The notes under the pieces are model-generated. The model saw only the letters and a list, made by a program, of their open reading frames with translations. It was not told the origin of the DNA and made no database searches. Below are positions 1-10,682 of a DNA stretch of 64,000 nt, piece by piece. How positions within the stretch are numbered: the first letter of the stretch is position 1; each line of letters opens with the position of its first letter. The DNA comes from Fimicolochytrium jonesii (Eukaryota), in assembly GCF_025526975.1 (NCBI RefSeq), contig NW_026515705.1:1-64000 (forward strand). The letters are read 5' to 3'. Position numbers and translations under genes: made by a program.

Positions 1-669
1 GTTGCTGCCCAGGCAACCGCTGTCCCAAGCTGCCAGCCAGACGACACAAAGTGCTTCATCACAACCGCCCAATACACCGTCCTCGGCTCCGTCGTCTCAA
101 ACAACGCAAACTCCTCCGACCCGGGTGCTTCTCCAGCAAAGTACAACGCAACTATCCAGATCAACTGTGTCTACGCCTCCTTCGGTTCCAACAAGGGCAC
201 CGGCGCAAACTTCCTCAACCAGCAGGTCACCGTCACCGGCTTCGGAACACCCAACGCCATCTGCCCCCGCAACCTAGGAGTCACCGCCAACCCCAACGAC
301 AAGGCCATCTTCTTCATCTCCGTCGCCAACGGCGTCCCACAGGGCGGGATCCCAATCTTCTCCGTCTTCAACCCCTGTGCCACCAGCGTGCCTTTCACCG
401 CCGACAACATGCAGCTGTTGGCCGATACGCTCTCCGCTTACCCGCAGAACGTCATCCCAGGGTCCACGCAGTGTGCTCTCCCCCCGTCCCGTGTCGCTAC
501 CCCGACCGCTGCGACCGGTGCCGGTGGTGCCGCGGCGCCGACCAACACCAACCCGCTGGCGGCTGGCAACACTGCCCCGTCTAACAGCGGTGCCGTTTCG
601 GCGACGCTCTCTGCTGCTGCCGGTTTGTTTGCTGCCTTGAGCGGTGCTGTCACTGTCCTCCTCGCTTAG
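1..669 (+). CDS. 5'-truncated secreted, probably GPI-anchored Cys-containing protein; possible agrin-NtA/TIMP-like OB fold
   Basis: Frame 1 is open from base 1 to TAG at 667-669 (VAAQATAVPSCQPDDTKCFITTAQYTVLGSVV...VTVTGFGTPNAIC...DKAIFFIS...). It has a Thr/Ala/Pro linker and a hydrophobic C-terminus (SATLSAAAGLFAALSGAVTVLLA). Confidence 0.75.
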   Translation, partial: VAAQATAVPSCQPDDTKCFITTAQYTVLGSVVSNNANSSDPGASPAKYNATIQINCVYASFGSNKGTGANFLNQQVTVTGFGTPNAICPRNLGVTANPNDKAIFFISVANGVPQGGIPIFSVFNPCATSVPFTADNMQLLADTLSAYPQNVIPGSTQCALPPSRVATPTAATGAGGAAAPTNTNPLAAGNTAPSNSGAVSATLSAAAGLFAALSGAVTVLLA

Positions 670-1025
670 AAGAAATAATAGGGATTGAGGTGTACTTTTA
701 TTGTTTTGTACATGTAGACCACCCGAATGTTGGGGTGGGGACGGCGTAGAAAACAACGTCCCCTTTTTTGTTACCTTTTCACTGTCATCCCCTATATTTT
801 TGTAATTCATAATGTATATCATATAGCGCACACACTTCGTCTCCGCATTTACCGGCTTTTTTTCCCACGCATGTACTGAATCTGTAACGCATCTGACACG
901 AGCACAATCAAATGCACTGTCGAACATCACAAAAATTCCCAATGCAAGGGTATACAGTTCTATTCATGACGAACAGAGATAGACTAAACGGGATATTTAC
1001 AAAAATACGCTACGGGCGCATTGTT

Positions 1026-1819
1026 TCACTGCGATGAGACAGGTTGACCCTGCGGTTGTTGTTGCTGTGAGCTGGGTTTCAGCAGTTCCTCCCTATAGAT
1101 GGGCAGAAGAAGAGCGTCGTGTGAGAGAAAGGCGTGGCTCAGTGCCGTATAGCTCCCATCATAGATTAACGGTCCAATCACAGTATTCTCCGCAGGCAGC
1201 TCTGTCCTCTCGCAGCACCGGTCCCTAGCACAAACCGCCTCCGCACACCGTGTCCATCTCATCCTCGCCTCACTACCTCCAAAGTCATCTCATACGCTGA
1301 AGTCTTCCCACCCTCTGCATGCGATCTTCTTTCCAGTTGGATGTGTCGGCCTCCCATCCCTCCGTCCCGTCGACTCTGCTTCCATCTACGGCCCCATTTG
1401 CACATATCCTCCCTCGATCCTGCCCGGAACCGGAAGGGGTCGCCCAGCACAGACCCTTCCTTCCGCATCCTTCCACCCCTCCGTTCGAACGGGCCCAACA
1501 AAAAACCCACGTTCCTCGGAAGCCCCATCCTACGGACCTCAACTGCCTCGTAAAATCATCGTTCACGTCCTCATCATCATCCCAGTTATCGTCCCACAGC
1601 GTCGCGTCCTCATGGTCTTCGTCTGCTTCCGTCCAGTCTAAGTAGGAAAAGGTTAGATTCACAGCCCCCCGCAAAAAAATGGGAACATTTGAACGACGGG
1701 ATGTTTGATAACGCACTTTCGATAGGGAAATCCTCGAATTCGTCGTCTTCTTCGAGGAGGCCGAGTTGTGGCGGTTTCGGGGTGGTGGTGGAGGTGGTGG
1801 TGGTGGGTGAGGTGTTCAT
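1026..1819 (-). CDS. SEM1: 26S proteasome lid subunit Sem1/DSS1 (3 exons: 1819-1717, 1637-1538, 1092-1026)
   Basis: The spliced product contains LGLLEEDDEFEDFPIENW...LWDDNWDDDEDVNDDFTRQLREEL, the Sem1 signature. GT-AG junctions are phase-consistent. Confidence 0.93.
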
Positions 1820-2188
1820 TGTGGGGTGTTGGGTTTGGGTTGGGTTGTGGAATGAATGAATGAAGGGATGAATTGGGTCGGGATCTCCTGGGATCTCCGC
1901 AAAGGTCGCAAGTCAGTCGCAAGTGCTGCAAAGCGCGTCCGTGGGAACCCGTGGGGACAACTCCTCTGGTTTTGACTCTCCAAGTCCGACGAAATCTTAT
2001 CCTCCACGCAGAAGTTTCCCCACCACTATCCAACTCCTCCTCACGGACATACATACTCTGCACGCTTGTGGTAAGTTCGCCTTCCCACGATGGCACACCC
2101 CACAGGGCCCCGCCTAACTCGAAAATCGCGTCCTCACCAGCCCCGGACTTTTTAGACGATCTTGGAACAATCACAACCGGACCCCGCA

Positions 2189-5100
2189 ATGGCAGACGAT
2201 ATGGAGAGCTCCGATCTGGATCTGACGAGACAGGAAACCGAGTCTGCTATGCCCATGTCCACCGACGACGTCAGTACCCCAGAGCCCAAATTGTTGACTA
2301 CGGGGACGCATGTTACGTCGAGTTTGCACCAGGGGCATGTAGGTTGAGAAGCGCGGGAAAACGTTCTGAGGAGACATCTGGCACATTGTTCTCAACGCTT
2401 GGCATCCCCTAGACGCCAGCGCACGAAATAACCCCCGCCCTAAGTTTTGAAGACCTCACCTCCCTCCAAGACGGGACATGGCCCGACGACACCGACGCGA
2501 TGAAAGACACACCCCCGCCGCGGTCGCCCACAAAGACCCTGCTCCCCGTCGTCCTGGTGGCTTCAAAGTACCCGGAGGACATTGCGGCGGGCCTGCTGGA
2601 GATTGCAAGAAGTTGCGTGCATAGGAACTTTGTGACGGAGGATAATATGGCGGATTATGGGAATGTGGAGCAGATCGCGGTGCAGTTCTGTAACGATCTG
2701 AACATGGCAGACAGGTCGGTCATCGTCCGCCCATCACACAAGAACCACACACAGGTCCCAGAAGGAGAAACATTCACCATCACCGTAACCTACAAACGGA
2801 AATGCGAAGCTTTCCGCGCCCTGGGACGTATGCTCGGCACTCTCTTCGATCTAACCAACGTCGAGGATCTCGCCATGTACTTGAGCTGGGAGGAACATGC
2901 GCAGTTCGAGACGTTCGGCGTCATGTTCGACTGTTCGCGATGCGCGGTCCTCTCCATGGACGCCGTCCTCTACTTCCTGCGAACATGCGCGCTCCTAGGC
3001 ATGAACACCTTCCAACTGTACACCGAGGACACATTCACGGTCCCCGGCGAGCCCTTCTTCGGATACCTACGAGGCGCCTACACCAGCGACGACATCACCT
3101 TCATCGACAACTACGCGTACAATTTCGGAATAGAGGTGTTTCCCTGCATACAAACGCTCGGACACCTTGGGCAGATATTGCAGTGGCCCCGGTTCGCGGG
3201 CGTAAGAGATACGACGGAAGTCATCCTCTCGGGCGCTGAGGAGACCTACGAACTCCTCACCCGCGTCATTGAAGCCGCCTCCAAACCGCTCCGCTCTAAA
3301 CGCATACATATTGGCATGGATGAGGCGCATGGCGTCGGCGAGGGGCGGTATAAGCAGATCTTTGGGGATAAAGATTCCGCGGAGGTGTTTTTGGAGCATT
3401 TGAAACGGCTGGAGGGGATTTGTAGGGAGAGGGGGTTGATGCCGATGGTTTGGTCGGATAGTGAGTATACCCTCGTCAATGATTCCCTTCAAGTGCGAAA
3501 TGGGTGTTTACGCGTTTTCTTTTCCTTTCATTAGTGCTGTTTACATTAGGTATGCTAAATGGCCATTTCGTTTTGAGGCCCCGTTCGAAAAAGGCACGGA
3601 CGTACAATTGACACCGCAGGAATTGATAGCGGCAAAGAACAGCTCCCTGCAAAGCTACTACGAAACCTCGGAGCTGCCGAAGGAGATGCGGCATAACATG
3701 CCGGCAGGGTTGGACCTTGTTTATTGGGATTATTATCATGTAAGAGGCGGGTTGGAGGATGATCGGGGGATGATGGTTCGGAGACTGACTGAGCGGGGCG
3801 GTTTTTCAGACGAATGTGGACGCGTATTCGAGGAAGATACAGCAGCATCGCGATCTGGGGTTTGAGCCGTGGGTGCGTTTTTTTACGCTTTCACATTCCT
3901 TTTGATCGAGTTCGCGTATTGATCGTGGCCTTCCATCATTCGCGCAGGTGGCTGGTGGCATATGGTGCGTAACTCCGGCATGTCTGGGAACAGCTGATTG
4001 CGGGCATGCACTGTCTAACACGTGGTACAGGTCCTGGAACAGATTCTACAGCGCCCTCCCGTTCTCCCTCGCCGCCTCCGACGCATGCCTGAAGGCCTGC
4101 AAGCGGTCCAAAGTTAAGAACGTGTTTGTGACTACGTGGTAGGTAAGCCCCTCCCTGCGCCCCCTTCTTACGTATTCCGGGATTGGGTCCCACCCCACAA
4201 AGCATCTCGTATGGAATAACCGAACCCGCTCGATTGTTTTCGCGATCGCAGGGGCGACGATGGAAACGAATGCGACATCCTCTCCGCCCTGCCCGGCATC
4301 CTCTACTGGTCCGAACACTGCTACACCGCCGAACCCGATGTCGATTGGCATATGGTCCGGAAGAACTTTGCGGGTGTTTGTGGCGGGAATTTGGATGACT
4401 GGGTTTGTTTATCATGCTTTTTCTTTTGGCCACCACCATCTCGGGGGTTTTCGCTGATGTGGTTGTGATACTATCTAGATTTATGCGTCGAGGATTGATG
4501 TACCCCTGGATGCGATGGACAAGACCCGGTTTCCGCCGAATGTGTCCAAGTGGATCTTGTGGAATGATCCGTTTTATAATTTCTTGTTGCCGCAGTATCG
4601 GGATCTGAACTTGGATCGGATCTACAGTGAGGTATGTAAAATTCCGCGCGCCAGGTTTGTCGACGCGGGAGGATAATGTCTCACCACGATGAATATCCAC
4701 CCCCAGATCGCCACTCGCCTCCGATCCGTCTCCTCAGGCGACATGCTCACCATGTACCCCCTCAACCGCCGCCTCAAGTTCCCCTACCTCCTCGCCGACA
4801 CCCTCCGCCACAAATCCCTTCTCCGCACGCACCTCGTCGCCGCCTACAAGTCCGCCGACCCCGCGCGCGCCCTCTACGCCTTCGCCCACGGCCCACTCGC
4901 CACGCTCCGCACCGCCCTCGACACCCTGTGGAGGTATCACCGCGATCATGTCTGGCTCGCGACGTACAAGCCGTTTGGGATGGAGGTGTTGGAGATGCGG
5001 TATGGGGCGCTGAGGACGCGGTTGGAGAGTTTGCAGGAACGGGTTTTGGCGTTTTGTCAAAGGGGTGGAGAGGGGGAGGGGGGGTCGGGGGATGGGGGTA

Positions 5101-5294
5101 TGACACCACGCGGACCGCCGATGGGGATGCAGCAGCGACAGCAGCCGCAGCCCGGGGAGGGGCCGGTGATGAGGGAGGAGACGCTGCCGGAGCTGGATGT
5201 GGAGTTGAGGGAGGTGTATCAGGGGATCGGGTTGGAGATTGTGGTGGATTTTGCGAGGGCTTATACGCCGAGTAGGGCGTTGGGGACCGGGTAG
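2189..5294 (+). CDS. Glycoside hydrolase family 20 beta-N-acetylhexosaminidase (HexD/GcnA-like), multi-exon
   Basis: Motifs GVMFDCSR, QLYTEDT, PCIQTLGHL, HIGMDEAH (catalytic DE pair), MVWSD, LVYWDYY, TTWGDDGNE. The 5' exon is tentative. Confidence 0.88.
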
Positions 5295-5778
5295 GGGTTG
5301 AGCGGGATGCGGCTTTGATTTTTTTATTACCCACCACTGCTGTATTGACGTAGGGCAGATATGGGCTCCCCTTCCCGCTTTTGGGGATATCCTTATGTAG
5401 ATGTTGTATGTATGTAAATGCAGAAACCACTCACGATCCCAACCGCCGAAACCATGACCTGGCTGGTCCCTGATTGTTATGCCTTGATCTTCGATTGGGA
5501 TCTCGTCCATCCCAGCATTCTTTCGTCAATCGAAAAAAAGGGTCTCGTTAAACAAAACGAAGCAATAATCACAAAAGAGTCAAAAAGCAAACATATAATA
5601 CAGAGGTTGGTTGTCTCTCCCCCTCCAACTCATCGTCCCCCACCCATTATCGCGCCAAAACCCCGTCTAGTTATATATAGAGAAAAAGCACAAGTGTCTG
5701 GGGGAGGGGGGGGCGGCATCCCCAAAAAGAAAAAAATGGCTCACTCATCATCCCCAAAAAGTTTAAAATTCTTCACTT

Positions 5779-5942
5779 TCACAAACTCCCCCCAAACCGC
5801 CCCTCCATCCACGCCGTCGGGCCAGTATACCCTCGCTGCTCGTCGTACCCCACATCCACCGCGGCCGAGGTCGCCGCCATCATCCCCATCCCGCCCGCCG
5901 CGGTCGCCATGCCCACGAACCCGCCGGCGGGGTGGAAGGCCG

Positions 5943-5977
<35 letters not shown>

Positions 5978-8632
5978 AGCGCGTGCTGATGGTGCGGGTG
6001 GATATGATGCACGTACATCTTCTCTGCGGCGGGTCCCAGCACCATGTTGGTGTAATTCGGTGGTGGCATGCTGGGGAGGTGTTGGTGGCGGTGGTGGTTG
6101 TGTATGATTTGCTGCTGCTGCTGCTGCTGCTGCTGGTGGTGGTGGTGTGCGGCGAGGAGGGCGGATTGGTGGTGGTGGTGGTGGAGGAGGTTGAGCGACA
6201 TCATGGTGGGGATGTAGTGCGATTTCTCGTGTTTGCGGAGCGAGCGCGAGTGGTAGTAGGCTTTGCCGCAGTTGAAGAAGGTGCAGATGTACGGTTTCAC
6301 GTTGGAATGCGTCTAGGGGAATTTTCACATACACGTGTAAGCTTTTGTCTCGCCCCGGCAAAAACCATTAGGCAGAAGACAGGACGTGGACACATACCTT
6401 GATATGAGTATTCAACCCATCCTGCCTGCTGAACTTCTTCCCGCAGTCGGCCACGGGGCAGCTGAAGGGGCGCTCGCCGGTGTGGATGCGCAGGTGGTTA
6501 TGGATCTTGTGGCGTTTGGTGAAGGGGCGTTCCATGCGTGTGCAGCCGCGCCATTGGCATGTATAACTCGCTTTCCCAGCCTACATTAAAAAACAAAAAT
6601 GAAAAAGATGAGTATATGACAGGCAGGGGAGATTTTTGTTTCGTGTGGTTTGATTGTGAACTCTTACCCCAACATGCACATCCGACGCGTGGCTCACCAA
6701 CTCCTCCACACTCCCAAACAACAAATCGCAGTTGGTCCACATACACCGATGCTCAACATCCTCCGCCTCTTCCTCCTCCTCATCTTCCTCCTCCTCATTG
6801 CCCTCTTCGTCGTCCTCCGCCGCACCCTCCGCTGCCGCGGCGAGCACGCTGCTGCTGCTGTCGGTAGTGTTGTCGGCGACGGGTATGTGCTCGGGGGAGG
6901 ATTTGAGCGTGATCTTCATATCGGAGTGGATATCCATTGGGGTGATCTCGTGGTGTTGTTGGGTGTGGGACATGAAATCGTCCATGGTCATTTCGAACAT
7001 GACGCCGGGGGATGGTGTCGTTTGCGTGTTGGTGTTTGTATGCGAGGACGACGATTGGGCTGGCGGTGGTGAATGCTCCATGTTCGCCGAGGCGGAGGAC
7101 GCCGCCGGGTGAGGTTGGGACGCCAGGGCAGCGTTCATCATCTCGGTGAAATTCGATTCCTCCGTGCCGTCCAGCTGCAGCCCGACAAAGGTATCGACGA
7201 CCCCGGGGTCCATGTCGCTTACGCCGTTGAGGGCGGGGGAGGGGAAGTAGGACGCGACGGACGCGATGGAGGAGATGGAGTCTGATCGGGAATGCGAGGA
7301 GCGGTAGGATGGCGCGGACTGGCCTCCGAAGGGTGAGGAGGTGTGCGCTGAGCCGGCGCTGGGGAGGGAGCTGGCTGCGGAGTAGATGTTGTGGCCGGAG
7401 GACGCGGCGGATAGCTCGACGGCGGTGGGGAGACGGTTTTGGTAGAGGTTGCTTGTCATCAAGGCGTGGCCCAGGGACGCGCCCCGGCGGTGTCCGAGGG
7501 CCTCCTTCCGCGGGTGGACGGGTGGCGTTCCTGCACCGGCAGCAAGCGAGTCCATGGAATGTTGCCGACGAGCGGCCATGTCCAGCATGGCGTTACCTCC
7601 CAAATCTCTGCTCATCGGGTTGGCACGACAGAACATGGGGTCCGCCGTCAGGGTGGGTACTTGGGAGAGCGAGTATCCCCTGCGGTGACCCATTTGACGG
7701 CGGGCTGGTCCACCGCCCGTGCCAGGCGACGGCAGGCCAGCATCCGGGAACGGTGCGCGCTGTTGTTGCGATAGTTGCGAGTTTGGGCTATACGATTGCG
7801 ACATTTGCTGCCCTTGCCAGTTTTGTCCGGGCATCAGGCCCAGGGTGGACGATATCGGTTGGGTATGAGCGATATTGTTCGCGGTGGGGAAAGTGTTGCT
7901 GCGGAGAGTAGGGTGGCCAGCATGGAAGGGAGTCGGGTTCACCGGCATCGATGACGCCAGCATTGAGTTCCCGTAGGACTGTCCACGGCGATGTGTTGGC
8001 CTGTAGACGTTCCTAGGGTCTGATGTCATAGTCCCTGAGGTTATTGGGGGTTTGCTGGAGGCAACGATATGTGACGGGAGAGCCACCGAACTTGCAGGTA
8101 AACCGTACTGTGAGAAAGTCTGCAGAGAGGCTGCGCGGCGATGGCCCGGTTGGACTGGGCCGTTTCCGGTGCTGCCTATGGAGGTGATTCTGCGATGGCG
8201 ATTCGTAGACCGCGCAACGTTTGGTTCTGATGGCAAAGTGCCCCAGGGTGATATGTCTTCAGGGGCAGGTGCCGAGACTTGTGCGTTCACGTTCACGTTC
8301 GGATCGGAGGAAGGAAGCAGAGACGACGGGGCATCGACAAACAGCTCGGGGATTGCGGCGGGGCCTGAGGCAGCAGTCGGGTCTAATATGACATCCGAGA
8401 GATTCCCGAAACCGAGAAAATCTGGATTTGCCGGCAGAGATGAGAAATCTCCCAGTTGCTGCGAGTGGTGTTGCTCGTGATCCTGCTGTTGCTGACTGCA
8501 CACCTCATCGAACAAGGTCATGTCAAAGTCGATAAAGTCCGTCGTCACCTGCTCGTCAACCGGCGCCGCTTCTTCGCTCGGGGCTGCGTTCAGAGCCGCC
8601 ATGAGGACGCTGTTGAGGGTGGCTTCGTCCAT
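5779..8632 (-). CDS. C2H2 zinc-finger transcription factor, 4 fingers, GLI/ZIC/GLIS-like with tandem CWCH2 motif; 3 exons
   Basis: Spliced fingers: [12 protein letters not shown]...[91 protein letters not shown]. Acidic N-terminus and poly-Q/H tail. Confidence 0.9.
5945..6185 (-). repeat. Coding (CAG)n and (CAC)n trinucleotide tracts (poly-Q, poly-H)
   Basis: Runs of tgc/ctg and ggt triplets on the + strand, within the last exon of the zinc-finger gene. Confidence 0.9.
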
Positions 8633-9728
8633 CGTCGCTATGACTGCTGGTTAAAGGGAAAGGATGTAGATGGACAAAATACAACCGCTGTGCGAGCGGG
8701 CAGATGCGGAGATGGAACCGGCTCTGCTATGTGCCAGCGCCTAGACCCTGCTCCTCCGTCGATGCTTTGCTGAAGGAAAAGATATGCGAGACGAAACCGT
8801 GCGAAATGGAAACTGAAATTGCTACAAGGGCCCTGGCACCGGTCCAGGGGCGTCGAGGGAACACGTTCGTATAAGTCTAAGGTAACGCCTTCTCAATCTC
8901 CCTGACACTTTCGGCAACGTTCGCGGCAACCGTCGTTCAGTCGATGTGGCACTTGATACCAAGGTCCGTTCCTGCGTCCAGACGAAAGAGACCCCGGGTA
9001 CGTTTTTGCTCTTCGAGGCCTTCAGCGCGGGTCCTGCGAACGTCCAACGACGAAGTTGTGTGGCAGCAAGCGAGAGAGGGTGGCTGGCGGGTGACGGTGT
9101 TGTGGACCTTTCTTTTTTTGAGAATTCCCAACGGAGGTGACGGTGGGGGGGACCGGGAATAGGGACCAGCCTGGTGGTTTGCGCTATATCAAGCAGAAAC
9201 TCAAAACTCGAGGCCCGGTGTATATCGAGGACCCTTGCGAGCGTAAGGAAACAACACTTGGTAAGTTTCAGTTTCAGGAGATGTTTCAACAAAGGACCCG
9301 AGTTTTTCGAAGTGACCGGAAATCGCTATAATACGGCCCCGATCGGTTCGCTCTTCCCTGTGGTTAGAAATCGAAGAGCTCGCTGTCCTAAATATGATGT
9401 TCCGTGCACTGGTCTGGGACAGCTGCCGGATTCCCGCGTGTTGAGGAATGAGCAGTTGAGGGGGAGGGGGGGGCCCTGGTTCTTGGCGCTGACCTATTGG
9501 AAGTGGGTTTATGAAACGCAGTGGCTGAGAGGGAGCTATGTGGGAGGGAGTGGTATGACGGCTGAGTGGCGGGTGGGTGGGGGTTTGGGTAGATTGTGCT
9601 GGAGGCTGTTTTTGGCAACGTTGAGCGAATGTGCAGACTGGGGGAGGATGCGCCGCCGTTTGAAGAATGAATTGCATTCTTGACTCGCAACAATCCAGCA
9701 ATCTGCTACGGCCCCTCCCTCGCGCGCG

Positions 9729-9782
9729 CTGATTCGCCTATTCCTCTTATTCCTCCTATTCTCTGATTCGCTTATTCCTCTT
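9729..9782. repeat. Short degenerate tandem duplication (ctgattcgc(c/t)tattcctctt twice, with internal tattcctc units)
   Basis: Read directly from the sequence. Confidence 0.7.
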
Positions 9783-10682
9783 GTTTCTTATCTTAAGTAA
9801 CCCCCACCCCCCATGATCCAAAGGCGCCGATCTCGCACATGGGCATCACGAACGTTCCGCCTGCTCGCTCTCATCTGCCAACTTTGTGAGTGCATCGCTT
9901 CATCAGAGCTTGAATGAAGACCGACAGCCGTCCTCATTGACTCAAGCAAAATGAATGCAAGATGGGGCGACAAAATAAAGCCACCGCTCAACAGTGATGA
10001 ATCAACCCTGTGGAGACGCAACGCCACCTTCAAATTCAGGGTCAAGCAAGAATCAAGCAAGATCCATCACGTTGGTGTGAGGGGACATAAAGAAGGTTAT
10101 CTTGAAAATTAATTGATTGATTGTGGGGGAATAAGTCAATAAGGCCAGAATACTGATACCGTACTGCAAGCTCAAAACGCGTCCTGTTTGCCCTTTTTTT
10201 CCTTGACGCGTTTTTACAGGATTACCCCTTGAATATGGAAGATTCGTGGCCAGTGGTGGCGGTTTTCCCAGTCAATCCACCCCCCCCATCATCCAACCGA
10301 TCAGTGCCCATGCGAATCATGCCACAACCCCCTCACATTTCCATTTCTACCACAACAAAAGAAGAAAAACACATAAAAAACGTCGCAATCGTGTCTTACA
10401 TACACGGAAACAAAAAATCTCGGGAAACATGCGATCGAGTAGTAGAGCGGGGAGGGGCGGGCGATGTAAAAATGAAATGGGGGGGGGGGGTAGATACATG
10501 TACATGTACAACACTAGCATAACGGAAGTATGAACAGACTTGCCCGGGATTGTTGTTGGTGGTGGTGATGGTGATGGTGATGGTGATGGGGGGCAGTGGA
10601 TGTATTCAGAAGAGGGGGGCAGTCAAACAATGGGTTCATCTTGGGTGGCCCCGCAGGTGTGTGTTGCAAGATATGATGTTCT

